A DNA stretch of 64,000 nt, taken from NCBI RefSeq assembly GCF_025465255.1, contig NZ_JAODNI010000113.1:15-64014 (forward strand), in the 5' to 3' direction. This DNA comes from Pseudonocardia sp. GTDB taxonomy: Bacteria; Actinomycetota; Actinomycetes; Mycobacteriales; Pseudonocardiaceae. The notes below the pieces were generated by a model, which worked only from the letters and a program-made list of their open reading frames with translations, made no database searches and was not told where the DNA came from. Position 1 is the stretch's first letter. The number at the start of each line of letters is the position of its first letter. This document shows positions 9,699-19,639 of this stretch, in pieces. Position numbers and translations under genes: made by a program.

Positions 9699-10985
9699 GT
9701 GGCGGAACCGGGACTGGTGCGGCGGCTCGGGCTCGGCGACGCGGTGGTGCTCGGGCTCGGCTCGATGCTCGGGGCGGGCGTGTTCGCCTCGTTCGGGCCG
9801 GCGGCCGCGGCGGCCGGCGGCGGGCTCCTCGTCGCGCTCGGGCTGGCGGCCGTGGTGGCCTACTGCAACGCGACCTCCTCGGCCCGGCTGGCGGCGGCCC
9901 ACCCGGAGTCGGGCGGCACCTACGTCTACGGGCGCCGCCGTCTCGGCCCGGTCTGGGGGTTCCTGGCCGGGTGGGGGTTCGTGGTCGGCAAGACGGCGAG
10001 CTGCGCGGCGATGGCGCTGACCTTCGGCGCCTACGTCCGACCCGCGGACCCGGTGCCGCCGGCGGTCCTCGCGGTGGTGTTGCTGACCGGCGTGAACTGT
10101 CTCGGCGTGGCCAAGACCGCCGGGCTGACCCGGGTGCTGGTCGCCGTGACGCTGCTGGCGTTGGCCGCGGTCGTCGCCGCCGGCCTGGGGGGCGGTGCCG
10201 CGGACGCGACGAACCTGAGCGGGTGGACGGGCGGCGTCTCCGGCTGGGCGGGGGTCGGGCAGGCGGCGGCGGTGCTGTTCTTCTCGTTCGCCGGCTACGC
10301 CCGGATCGCCACCCTCGGCGAGGAGGTCCGCGATCCCGCGACCACCATCCCGCGCGCGATCCCCGCGGCGCTCGGCATCGTCCTCGGCGTCTACGCGGCG
10401 GTGGCGGTGACGGCGTTGCTGACGCTCGGCCCGGACGGGCTGGCGGCGTCGGCGGCGCCATTGGCGGCGGTGGCGGCCTCCGGTTCCTGGGCGTTCCTCG
10501 TGCCGGTCGTGCAGGTCGGCGGCGCCGTGGCATCGGCCGGGGTCCTGCTGTCGCTGATGGCCGGGATCGGGCGCACCACCCTCGCCATGGCGCGGGACCA
10601 CGAGCTGCCCGCGGCGCTGGCCACGGTTCATCCCCGCTTCCGGGTGCCGCACCGCGCGGAGCTGCTGCTCGGCGCGCTGGTCACGGCGCTCGTCCTGGTC
10701 ACGGATCTGCGGGGCGCGATCGGCTTCTCCAGCTTCGCGGTGCTGACGTACTACGCCGTCACCAACGTGGCGTCGTGGACGCTCGGCGGGCCACGCCGCC
10801 GCCTGTTCCGCGCCGTCGCGGCGATGGGCCTGCTGGGGTGCCTCGCGTTGGCGTTCGCCCTTCCGCCGCCCACCGTCGTGGCCGGGATCGTCGTGCTCGC
10901 CGTCGGGGTGGGTGGCCGCGCCGTCGCGCGCGCGTTCCGCTCCGGCGACCGGCCGAGCTCATCGGGGGGGCTCAGCGGCCGGTGA
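9699..10985 (+). CDS. APC family amino acid permease
   Basis: GLGSMLGAGVF...ESGGTYVY...FAGYARIATLGEEVRDP; many TM segments. Confidence 0.9.
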   Translation: MAEPGLVRRLGLGDAVVLGLGSMLGAGVFASFGPAAAAAGGGLLVALGLAAVVAYCNATSSARLAAAHPESGGTYVYGRRRLGPVWGFLAGWGFVVGKTASCAAMALTFGAYVRPADPVPPAVLAVVLLTGVNCLGVAKTAGLTRVLVAVTLLALAAVVAAGLGGGAADATNLSGWTGGVSGWAGVGQAAAVLFFSFAGYARIATLGEEVRDPATTIPRAIPAALGIVLGVYAAVAVTALLTLGPDGLAASAAPLAAVAASGSWAFLVPVVQVGGAVASAGVLLSLMAGIGRTTLAMARDHELPAALATVHPRFRVPHRAELLLGALVTALVLVTDLRGAIGFSSFAVLTYYAVTNVASWTLGGPRRRLFRAVAAMGLLGCLALAFALPPPTVVAGIVVLAVGVGGRAVARAFRSGDRPSSSGGLSGR

Positions 10986-11499
10986 CACCGTCGAGCACCT
11001 CGCGCAGCAGGTCCGCGTGGCCGTTGTGCCGGGAGTACTCGCCGATCAGGTGCACGTAGACCATCCGCAGGGACATCGCCTCGCCCCGGAAGTCGATCTC
11101 GTGGGTGAACGGCACCGCCGCGACCGCCTCGTCCGCCAGCCGCCACTCCTCGCGCAGTGCCCGGACGTCCTGTTCGGCGCGGGACGGGTCGACCCGGTCG
11201 AAGTCCGCGTCGTCGCCCGGGCCGCCGTGCAGGGGCGGTACGTCCTGACCGGCCATCCGCTGCCGGAGCCAGACCCGTTCGACCTTGGCGAGATGCCGGA
11301 CCAGCCCCAGCAGCGACACGGTCGAGGGCGGCACGGGCCGTGCGGCGAGCTGCTCAGCGGTCAGGCCGGCGCACACCCTGAGCAACGTCGCGCGTTGCCG
11401 GGCCAGGTAGCCCTCCAGGAGGAGCCGGTCCTCGCCGGTCGTCGGCCCGTCCGTCAGCGGTCCGCCGACAGGGACGGGTGCAGGGCATGTCCAGATCAC
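10972..11499 (-). CDS. DinB/DUF664 family protein
   Basis: SLLGLVRHLAKVERVW...HLIGEYSRHNGHADLLRE. Confidence 0.85.
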   Translation of the reverse strand: MIWTCPAPVPVGGPLTDGPTTGEDRLLLEGYLARQRATLLRVCAGLTAEQLAARPVPPSTVSLLGLVRHLAKVERVWLRQRMAGQDVPPLHGGPGDDADFDRVDPSRAEQDVRALREEWRLADEAVAAVPFTHEIDFRGEAMSLRMVYVHLIGEYSRHNGHADLLREVLDGVTGR

Positions 11500-11532
11500 C
11501 ACGACAGCTTCGCCGGGCCGGGAGCGGCCGAC

Positions 11533-11587
11533 AAACGAAAAGCGGCGCCGACCCGCGGGGAATCGACCCCCGCCGGCCGGCGCCGCT
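11533..11587 (-). terminator. rho-independent terminator after sodN
   Basis: GC-rich stem AGCGGCGCCG...CGGCGCCGCT followed by TTTTCGTTT on the minus strand. Confidence 0.75.
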
Positions 11588-11600
11588 CTCAGCGCCTGGA

Positions 11601-12014
11601 TCAGGCGGCCTGCTTGGTCTCCCAGAAGATCTTGTCGATCTGCGAGATGTAGTCGAGGAGCTCCTGGCCCGTGGCCGGGTCGACGGAGGCCTTGGTGCCG
11701 CCCGCGCCGCCGCCGGCCTTCTTGGTGGCCTTGTTGAAGAGGTTGTGCAGCTCCGGGTACTTCTCGAAGTGCGGCGGCTTGAAGTAGTCCGTCCACAGCA
11801 CCCAGAGGTGGTGCTTCACGAGGTCGGAGCGCTGCTCCTTGATCTCGATGGCACGCTCCCGGAACACCGGGTCCTCGTTGCCCTGGTACTTCTCCTGGAT
11901 CGCCTTGACCGACTCGGCCTCGATCCGGGCCTGCGCCGGGTCGTACACGCCGCAGGGGAGGTCGCAGTGCGCGGTGGCCTCCAGCCGCGGGCGGAGAATG
12001 CGGGACAGCCGCAT
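11601..12014 (-). CDS. sodN: nickel superoxide dismutase precursor
   Basis: Ni-hook HCDLPCGVYDP after a 15-aa propeptide; LWTDYFK. Confidence 0.97.
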   Translation of the reverse strand: MRLSRILRPRLEATAHCDLPCGVYDPAQARIEAESVKAIQEKYQGNEDPVFRERAIEIKEQRSDLVKHHLWVLWTDYFKPPHFEKYPELHNLFNKATKKAGGGAGGTKASVDPATGQELLDYISQIDKIFWETKQAA

Positions 12015-12110
12015 GGGTCCTCCCTGATGATGGTCCTGCTGGGTGATGATCGTTCTGGCGGGGCCAACCCTACTCCGGGCCCGCGGGATTCAGCAGGACG
12101 GAGACGTGTG

Positions 12111-12428
12111 ATGCGGCTATGGCGCCGGGTGGCGGTCCGGGGACCGTCGATGTCCCCCACCCTGGCCGACGGCGACGTCGTCCTGGCCCGGTTCGGTGCC
12201 CCCGTCCGGAGGGGCGACGTGGTGCTCGTCCGCTGGTCCGCGCGGCCCGGGCAGCTGTCGGTGAAGCGCGCGGTCCGGCCGGAGGGCGCGGGCTGGTGGG
12301 TGCTCGGCGACAACCCCTACGGCTCGACGGACTCGGGTCTCCTCGGGCCCGCGGAGGTGCTCGCCGTCGTCGAGGCCCGGTTGTGGCCCACGCCACGTCG
12401 GCTGCACAGGACACCCGACCGGGGGTGA
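12111..12428 (+). CDS. sodX: Ni-SOD maturation protease (S26 family)
   Basis: GPSMSPTLADGD...VKRA...GDNPYGSTDS; divergent from sodN. Confidence 0.9.
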   Translation: MRLWRRVAVRGPSMSPTLADGDVVLARFGAPVRRGDVVLVRWSARPGQLSVKRAVRPEGAGWWVLGDNPYGSTDSGLLGPAEVLAVVEARLWPTPRRLHRTPDRG

Positions 12429-12643
12429 CGGAAGTGACGTGCCGGGGCCCCGCGGGCCGGGTAGGGTGACCGGCCAGTACCCGACGACCGATCCCTCGCC
12501 TCGCCCCGCCGCATCCGGACGGGATGGCAGAGGGGGCCGTCCGGCACCGCGAGAGGGTCGACCCGAGGCCTCCGGTGCACGGCGAGTGGGCTGCACGTGA
12601 CGTGCGCCCCGGACACCGCACACCTCCCAGGAGAGGCCCTCCC

Positions 12644-13822
12644 ATGACCGTCGTGCCCGAGCGCGTCCTCGCGAACGAACCGATCACCCAGGAACAGATC
12701 TTCGACGCCCACGTGGGAGGCAAGCTCTCCACCGGCCTGTCGACCCCACTGTCCGACGCGCGGGACCTGACCATCGCCTACACCCCCGGCGTCGCCGACG
12801 TCAGCCGCGCCATCGCCGCGGACCCGGCCCTCGCCGCCCGCTACACGTGGACGAACCGCCTGGTCGCGGTGGTCAGCGACGGCACCGCGGTCCTCGGCCT
12901 CGGCGACATCGGCCCGCGTGCCTCGCTGCCGGTCATGGAGGGCAAGTCCGCGCTGTTCAAGGCGTTCGGCGGGCTGGACTCCATCCCGCTCGTGCTGGAC
13001 ACGACGGACGTCGACGAGATCGTCGAGACGCTGGTCCGCCTGCGTCCGAGCTTCGGCGCGGTCAACCTGGAGGACGTCTCGGCACCGCGCTGCTTCGAGC
13101 TCGAGGCGAAGCTGATCGAGGCGCTGGACTGCCCCGTCATGCACGACGACCAGCACGGCACCGCGATCGTCCTGCTCGCGGCCCTGCGCGGGGCCTGCGA
13201 GGTCGAGCGGCGTGCGCTCGCGGAGCTGAAGGTCGTGATCTCCGGTGCCGGCGCCGCGGGTGTCGCCTGCGCCCGGATGCTGGTCACCGCCGGAGCGCGG
13301 GACGTCGTCGTGCTCGACTCGCGGGGTGTCATCGACGCCGCGCGCGGCGGGGAGAAGGCGCGGCTCGCGGCGGAGACCAACCCGCGGGGTCTCACCGGCG
13401 GGCTCGCGGACGCCCTGCGGGACGCGGACGTGTTCGTCGGCCTGTCCAGCGCGAGGCTCCCGGAGCAGCTGCTCGCCACGATGGCGCCGCGGCCCATGGT
13501 CTTCGCCCTGTCCAACCCGGACCCGGAGATCGCGCCGGACGTCGCCGCCCGATACGCCTCGATCGTCGCCACGGGCCGCAGCGACTTCCCGAACCAGATC
13601 AACAACGTGCTCGCGTTCCCGGGCGTCTTCCGGGGCGCGCTGGACGCCGGGGCGCGCCGGATCACCGACGAGATGAAGCTCGCCGCGGCCGAGGCGATCC
13701 ACCTGGTGGCCCGCGAGGACCTGGCGCCGGACCGGATCGTCCCGAGCCCGTTCGACCCGCGTGTCGCGCCCGAGGTGGCGGCGGCGGTGCGCGCTGTCGC
13801 CGAACGGGCGAGCGGACGGTAG
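12644..13822 (+). CDS. NAD(P)-dependent malic enzyme
   Basis: AYTPGVA...DGTAVLGLGDIG...VMEGK...NLED...HDDQHGT...GAGAAG...TGRSDFPNQINN. Confidence 0.93.
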   Translation: MTVVPERVLANEPITQEQIFDAHVGGKLSTGLSTPLSDARDLTIAYTPGVADVSRAIAADPALAARYTWTNRLVAVVSDGTAVLGLGDIGPRASLPVMEGKSALFKAFGGLDSIPLVLDTTDVDEIVETLVRLRPSFGAVNLEDVSAPRCFELEAKLIEALDCPVMHDDQHGTAIVLLAALRGACEVERRALAELKVVISGAGAAGVACARMLVTAGARDVVVLDSRGVIDAARGGEKARLAAETNPRGLTGGLADALRDADVFVGLSSARLPEQLLATMAPRPMVFALSNPDPEIAPDVAARYASIVATGRSDFPNQINNVLAFPGVFRGALDAGARRITDEMKLAAAEAIHLVAREDLAPDRIVPSPFDPRVAPEVAAAVRAVAERASGR

Positions 13823-14024
13823 TCACGCGCTGTAACCGAGTGCGCGTCCGGCGAACTGGGCGCCTTCCGTCGGTCGGCCCGAACGGTGACTCTCCGGTGA
13901 CATGACGGGGGTCACTCACACGGGGCGTCGTGGTTCGTTCGAGGTAAGTCGGCGGATCGACCGGGCGACCACCTCGTTGTGCTCTAGGTAACGGGGGTTC
14001 GGCACACGACGCCTGGGGGGCGCA

Positions 14025-16967
14025 GTGGACGAGTTCGACGAGCAGTCGTCGCACACGGGGGAGACCCTGCGCGACGACCACGGCCGGGGCACGGACGAGG
14101 ACACCTCGGCCGAGGCGGTGCAGCGCGCGGACCTCCGCCGCTCGCGCCACGCCGTCCTCGGCGGCGGGGTCCGCCCCGAGGTGGCGCGGTTCGCGAGCCA
14201 GCTCGCGCAGGCGATCTCGGACGCGCCGGGCGGCGTCGTGCGCTCGTCGGGCCGGGAGCCGCACGAGCTGCCGAGCGCCGCCCCGCGTGCCGTCGAGTAC
14301 GTCCACGACGAGGTTCCGGCCGGAGCGCCGCAGCTCACCGAGGCGGTGACGGACCCGCGGCCGATGCAGGTCGTCGGCGCCGGGGCCGGCCCGTCCGGGT
14401 TCGCGGGGGCGCCCGTGGCCGAGCCGCTCGAGGCCCCGGCCGCATTCGACGAGCCGGTGTTCACCGAGCCGGGGTTCGCCGAGCCGGGATCCGACCCGGA
14501 GCTCACCGACCCCGTCGGCAGCTTCCCCCGCATCCTCCCCGCGCTCCGCGAGGCCGCCCTGGGCACCTCGACCCTGCCCCCCGGCACGCTCGACGGGTTC
14601 GGTCCCGGCGGCGTCGAGGTCGTCCGGCTGCCGTCCGCCCCGGCCGTCGTGTGCGACGCCTCGGACCGGATCGTGCGCGTCAACCAGGCGTTCCTGCGGC
14701 TGGCGGACCGGCGCACCGACGACCCCGTGCACGGCCCCCTCGGGATGCGGGTCAACCAGCTCGTCGCCGGCCCGGACACCGACGCCCGCCTGGTCCGGCC
14801 GGACCACTCGCTGGTGCGGGTGCGCGTCGTGCGCTGGGATCTGCCGGGCGCCCTGCGCGCGGTGCTCCTCATCGAGCTGGAGCAGCCCCAGGGTGACGCG
14901 GGAACCGCGGCGGACCGCCGCTGGACGGCCGAGCTGGAGCGGATCGCCCGCGTCGGCACCTGGACGTTCGACCTCGCCACGGCCACGCTCTCCCGCACCG
15001 AGACCCTCGACGAGCTGTACCGCTCGGTGGGCGTCGCCGCGGACACCGACCGCGGCCCCGTGGAGGGGGACCAGGTCGCGCTGCTCTGCCGCGGGCTGCG
15101 GTCCGGCGCCCGCACCCAGGACCACCACGTCGAGATGCGGCTCCCCGGGGACCGGGTGCTGAGCTGCCGGGCCGGCATCGAGCGCTCCGCGGACGGCACG
15201 CCGGTGCGGCTCGTGGGCATGGTGCGCGACGTCAGCGCGCAGCGCGTCGCCGAGGGCCGGGTGCAGCACTCCGGGCAGCGGTTCCTGGATCTCATGGCCA
15301 CCGTGACCGCGGGGGTGGGGCTGCTCGACGCGTCCGGCCGGCTCGTCGACGCGAACCCGGCCCTGTGCGCGCTGCTGGACTCGCCGTTGGAGCGGCTGCG
15401 CGGCGTCTCCGCGCTGGACCTGACCGCGGAGCCGGAGGCGAGCCCCGACGGCCTGCCGCGCTGGCTGCGCCGGATCGCGCCGGGCTCGCAGCACGGCTAC
15501 CGCATCGACACTCTCGCGCTGCTGCGCGCCGACGGCACCCGGGTGTGGTGCGAGGTCGGCGTCACGGCGTCCATGGCGGACGACGGCGGCGTGTTCTGGC
15601 TGATCGTCTGCGCGGACGTCGGCGAGCAGCGCCGCGCCGCCCAGCTCCTGCGCAGCGCCGCGACCACGGATGAGCTGACCCGGCTGCTGAACCGGGCAGC
15701 CGCCCTCGAACTGCTGGACACCCTGCTCGCCGGGCCCGGCCGGGACCGCGTGGCGCTGGTCTGCGGGGACCTGGACGACTTCGCCCGGGTCAACTCCTCG
15801 CTCGGCCACGAGGCGGGCGACGACATGCTGGTCGCGCTCGCGGGCCGGCTGCAGCGGGAGCTTCCGTTCGGCTGCACCGCGGCCCGGCTCTCCGCGGACG
15901 AGTTCGTGGTGATCTGCGCGGACCACGCGGAGGCCGGCGGCCCGGACGCGCTCGCCCGGACCGTCGCGGACATGCTCCGGACCACGGTCACCGTCCACGG
16001 GCGGCCGGTGCACCTCACGGCCTCCGTCGGGCTGGCCACCCCGAAGCCGCACGAGGACGTGACCGCGTCGGACCTGCTGCGCTACGCCGAGGCGGCCATG
16101 CAGGACGTCAAGCGCAACGACCGCGGCGGCGTCGGCATCGCCTGCGAGGGCGTCGTCTCCACCGCGACCCGGCAGCTGGAGCTCGAGGCCGAGCTCCGCG
16201 CCGCGATCTCCGGCGACGGGCTGCTGCTGGAGTATCAGCCGGTCGTCGGGCCGGACGGGGTCGTGCACAGCGCCGAGGCGCTGGTCCGCTGGCCGCACCC
16301 GGAGCGCGGGCTGATCCCGCCGGGGGAGTTCCTGCCGGTCGCCCAGCGCGGCGGGCTGCTGCGCGAGCTGGACCTGTGGGTGCTGCGCACCGCGACCCGC
16401 GAGGCCGCGGGCTGGACGACGCCGAGCGGGCGTGGCGTGGCCGTCGCCGTCAACCTCGCCGGGCTGCTGCCGAGCGAGCCGGACTTCCTCGCCCATGTGA
16501 GCGCCGCCGTCGCGGGTGCCGGCCTGATGTGGGACCAGCTGGTGCTCGAGCTCGTCGAGACGTCCATGGTGGCGCTCCCGCGGCACGCGCTCGACGCCAT
16601 GGCCGAGCTGGTCAACCGGGGCGTCCGCTTCGCCGTCGACGACTTCGGCACCGGCTACTCGTCGCTGGCGCGGCTCAAGGAGCTCCCGGCGCAGACGGTG
16701 AAGGTGGACCGGTCGTTCGTCACCGGCGTCGCGGAGGACCCGGCGGACTTCGCCGTCGCCCGGGCCGTCGTGGACATGGCGCACGCGATGGGCCGCTCGA
16801 CGGTGGCCGAGGGCGTCGAGACCGCGGAGCAGTTCCACGTGCTGCGCGGCCTGGGCGTCGACGCCTACCAGGGCTGGCTCTTCGCCCGACCGCTGCGGGC
16901 GGACGCGATGCGCCGGGTCCTGCTCGCCGAGCGCCTCCCGACGCCGGCAACCGCGATCGGCGCCTGA
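14025..16967 (+). CDS. PAS-GGDEF-EAL c-di-GMP signalling protein (EAL intact, GGDEF degenerate)
   Basis: PAS segments; DLDDFARVN...LSADEF; AEALVRW, DDFGTGYSSL, AEGVE; start uncertain. Confidence 0.88.
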   Translation: MDEFDEQSSHTGETLRDDHGRGTDEDTSAEAVQRADLRRSRHAVLGGGVRPEVARFASQLAQAISDAPGGVVRSSGREPHELPSAAPRAVEYVHDEVPAGAPQLTEAVTDPRPMQVVGAGAGPSGFAGAPVAEPLEAPAAFDEPVFTEPGFAEPGSDPELTDPVGSFPRILPALREAALGTSTLPPGTLDGFGPGGVEVVRLPSAPAVVCDASDRIVRVNQAFLRLADRRTDDPVHGPLGMRVNQLVAGPDTDARLVRPDHSLVRVRVVRWDLPGALRAVLLIELEQPQGDAGTAADRRWTAELERIARVGTWTFDLATATLSRTETLDELYRSVGVAADTDRGPVEGDQVALLCRGLRSGARTQDHHVEMRLPGDRVLSCRAGIERSADGTPVRLVGMVRDVSAQRVAEGRVQHSGQRFLDLMATVTAGVGLLDASGRLVDANPALCALLDSPLERLRGVSALDLTAEPEASPDGLPRWLRRIAPGSQHGYRIDTLALLRADGTRVWCEVGVTASMADDGGVFWLIVCADVGEQRRAAQLLRSAATTDELTRLLNRAAALELLDTLLAGPGRDRVALVCGDLDDFARVNSSLGHEAGDDMLVALAGRLQRELPFGCTAARLSADEFVVICADHAEAGGPDALARTVADMLRTTVTVHGRPVHLTASVGLATPKPHEDVTASDLLRYAEAAMQDVKRNDRGGVGIACEGVVSTATRQLELEAELRAAISGDGLLLEYQPVVGPDGVVHSAEALVRWPHPERGLIPPGEFLPVAQRGGLLRELDLWVLRTATREAAGWTTPSGRGVAVAVNLAGLLPSEPDFLAHVSAAVAGAGLMWDQLVLELVETSMVALPRHALDAMAELVNRGVRFAVDDFGTGYSSLARLKELPAQTVKVDRSFVTGVAEDPADFAVARAVVDMAHAMGRSTVAEGVETAEQFHVLRGLGVDAYQGWLFARPLRADAMRRVLLAERLPTPATAIGA

Positions 16968-17113
16968 ATCCCACGTCGCGGCCACCTGTCCGGACACGTC
17001 GCGGGTTGGTCACGGTCCCCGGTTCCCGGTTCGCCACCCGGATCTCGGCGGGATAGCCTCGCTCGACTGCGGCGGCCGGCAAGAGGTCGTCGGCGACGAA
17101 CGGGGTTGCCCGG

Positions 17114-18199
17114 GTGATCGAGTTCCGGGACGTCACGAAACGGTTCCCCGACGGCACCGTCGCCGTGGACGCGCTGAACCTGACCGCGGAGACCGGCCGG
17201 ATCACGGTGTTCGTCGGGCCGTCCGGCTGCGGCAAGACCACCTCGCTGCGAATGGTCAACCGGATGATCGAGCCCAGCTCCGGCGTCATCGAGGTCGACG
17301 GGCAGGACATCATGGCCGGCGATCCGGCCGAGCTGCGCCGCGGCATCGGCTACGTGATCCAAGCGGCCGGGCTGTTCCCGCACCGCACCATCCGGGACAA
17401 CATCGCCACGGTCCCGATGCTGCTGGGCTGGAACAAGAAGCAGGCCCGCGAGCGGGCGATGGAGCTGATGGAGACCGTCGGGCTCGCCCCGGAGATGGGC
17501 AGCCGCTACCCGGCGCAGCTCTCCGGCGGCCAGCAGCAGCGCGTCGGGGTGGCCCGCGCGCTCGCCGCGGACCCGCCCGTCCTGCTGATGGACGAGCCGT
17601 TCAGCGCCGTGGACCCGGTGGTCCGGGAGAACCTGCAGGACGAGCTGCTGCGGCTGCAGTCCGAGCTCGGCAAGACGATCGTGTTCGTCACCCACGACAT
17701 CGACGAGGCCATCAAGCTGGGCGACCGGGTCGCTGTGTTCCGCACCGGCGGCCACCTCGCCCAGTACGACGAGCCCGGCGTCTTGCTCGCCCGCCCGGCG
17801 GACGACTTCGTGGACAACTTCGTCGGCCGGGACCGCGGCTACCGCGGGCTCGGGTTCGTGTCCTCCAGCGGGCTGCCCGTCGGCGAGCTGCGGACGGTCG
17901 AGGTCGGGGGCAGCGCGCCCGAGGGCTGGTCCCTCGTAGTCGACAGGGAGCGGCGCCCGCTCGGCTGGCACCACGGCGGGACCGCGGGAGGCACGGCCGG
18001 CGAGGAGAACCTCGTCCCCGGCGGCTCCCTGTACGACGCGGGGTCCGGCTCTCTGCGCAGCGCACTCGACGCGGCCCTGTCGTCGCCGTCGGGCCAGGGC
18101 GTCGCGGTCGCCGCGGACGGCCGGGTGAGCGGCTCGATCAGCGCGGACGACGTGCTCGCCGCCCTGGCCGTCGCCCGCCGCGACGACGCGGCCGCGTAG
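17114..18199 (+). CDS. osmoprotectant ABC transporter ATP-binding protein
   Basis: GPSGCGKTT, LSGGQQQRVG, LLMDEPFSAVDP. Confidence 0.92.
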   Translation: MIEFRDVTKRFPDGTVAVDALNLTAETGRITVFVGPSGCGKTTSLRMVNRMIEPSSGVIEVDGQDIMAGDPAELRRGIGYVIQAAGLFPHRTIRDNIATVPMLLGWNKKQARERAMELMETVGLAPEMGSRYPAQLSGGQQQRVGVARALAADPPVLLMDEPFSAVDPVVRENLQDELLRLQSELGKTIVFVTHDIDEAIKLGDRVAVFRTGGHLAQYDEPGVLLARPADDFVDNFVGRDRGYRGLGFVSSSGLPVGELRTVEVGGSAPEGWSLVVDRERRPLGWHHGGTAGGTAGEENLVPGGSLYDAGSGSLRSALDAALSSPSGQGVAVAADGRVSGSISADDVLAALAVARRDDAAA

Positions 18200-18211
18200 G
18201 GGAGCGCACCG

Positions 18212-18874
18212 GTGACCTGGGTTCTCGGCAACCTGCCGCTGATCGGCGACCTGCTCGTCCAGCACATCGTGTTCTCGCTGGTCCCGGTGGTGATCGGGCT
18301 GGTGCTCGCGATCCCGCTCGGCTGGCTGGCCGACCGCACGCGCGCCGGGCGCACCATCGTGATCAACCTGTCCGGGCTGCTCTACACGATCCCGTCGCTG
18401 GCGCTGTTCGTGTTCCTGCCGGCCATCCTCGGCACCTCCATCCTGGACCCGATCAACGTGATCGTGGCGCTGAGCGTCTACACCGTGGCACTGCTCGTCC
18501 GCACCATCGCGGACGCGCTGTCCGCGGTGCCGGACCTCGTCGTCAACTCGGCGACGGCGATGGGCTTCACGCCGGCCCGCCGGTTCGTCGGGGTAGACCT
18601 CCCGCTGGCGATCCCTGTGATCGTCGCGGGGCTCCGGGTGGCTGCCGTGTCGTCGATCAGCCTGGTGACGGTGGGCTCGACCGTCGGGTTCGGCGGCCTC
18701 GGCCGGATGTTCACCGACGGCTTCCAGCGCGTCATCACCGCGGAGATCATCGCCGGGATCGTGCTGGTGCTGGTGCTGGCCCTCGTCGTCGACACGCTCC
18801 TCGTGCAGGGCGGCAAGGCCCTGACGCCCTGGGAGCGGGCCGGAGAGACCGTGCGGCGGGGGGTGGAGGCGTGA
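18212..18874 (+). CDS. osmoprotectant ABC transporter permease
   Basis: LYTIPSLALF...AMGFT...DLPLAIPVIVAGLR...GGLG. Confidence 0.9.
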   Translation: MTWVLGNLPLIGDLLVQHIVFSLVPVVIGLVLAIPLGWLADRTRAGRTIVINLSGLLYTIPSLALFVFLPAILGTSILDPINVIVALSVYTVALLVRTIADALSAVPDLVVNSATAMGFTPARRFVGVDLPLAIPVIVAGLRVAAVSSISLVTVGSTVGFGGLGRMFTDGFQRVITAEIIAGIVLVLVLALVVDTLLVQGGKALTPWERAGETVRRGVEA

Positions 18875-19596
18875 ACTACCTCGGCTGGCTCGTCGACGGC
18901 GCGAACTGGGGCGGCCCGCAGGGCATCACCCAGCGGCTGATCGAGCACCTCGGCTACACCGCCTTGACGATGGTGATCGCGCTGGTCGTCGCGGTGCCGC
19001 TCGGTGCCTGGATCGGGCACCGCTCCACCTCCACCGGGGGCTTCGTCGTCAGCGGCGCCAACGGCCTGCGGGCGCTCCCCACGCTCGGCCTGCTCGTCCT
19101 GCTGGTGACGTGGATCGGCCTCGGCTTCACCGGCCCGCTCATCGCGCTGCTCGTCCTCGGCATCCCGCCGATCCTCGCCGGCACCTACGCCGGCATCCGC
19201 AATGTCGACCGCGCGATCGTCGACGCGGCCACCGGGATGGGCATGCGCGGCAAGGACGTGCTTCTCAAGGTCGAGCTGCCCAACGCCCTGCCGCTGATCA
19301 TCGGGGGGATCCGCAGCTCGCTGCTGCAGGTCGTCTCCACGGCGACGATCGCCGCGTACGTCGGGCTGGGCGGCCTCGGCCGCTTCATCTTCGACGGCCT
19401 CGCGCAGCGGGACTTCCCGCAGATGATCGGCGGGTCGATCCTGGTCGCGGTGCTCGCCGTCGCCCTGGACCTGGTGTTCGGCGGGCTGCAGAAGCTGCTC
19501 GTCTCGCCCGGGCTGCAGGCCGCACCGCGCGGTCCGCGCCGGCTTCGTGCCGTCCCGTCCCCGAAGCAGCAGACCCCTGCCGCCGAGGCGGCCTGA
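18871..19596 (+). CDS. osmoprotectant ABC transporter permease
   Basis: RALPTLGLL...DAATGMGM...ELPNALPLIIGGIR...GGLGRFI. Confidence 0.9.
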   Translation: MNYLGWLVDGANWGGPQGITQRLIEHLGYTALTMVIALVVAVPLGAWIGHRSTSTGGFVVSGANGLRALPTLGLLVLLVTWIGLGFTGPLIALLVLGIPPILAGTYAGIRNVDRAIVDAATGMGMRGKDVLLKVELPNALPLIIGGIRSSLLQVVSTATIAAYVGLGGLGRFIFDGLAQRDFPQMIGGSILVAVLAVALDLVFGGLQKLLVSPGLQAAPRGPRRLRAVPSPKQQTPAAEAA

Positions 19597-19639
19597 GAAC
19601 TCCCCACCACCCGAACCCCGCCCCGGAGGACCCTTCACC

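Noticed and set aside
13823..14024. BldD-like boxes (GTGAC/GTCAC) upstream of the EAL gene
   Set aside because: Half-sites are present, but their spacing does not fit the 15-bp BldD palindrome well enough to call.
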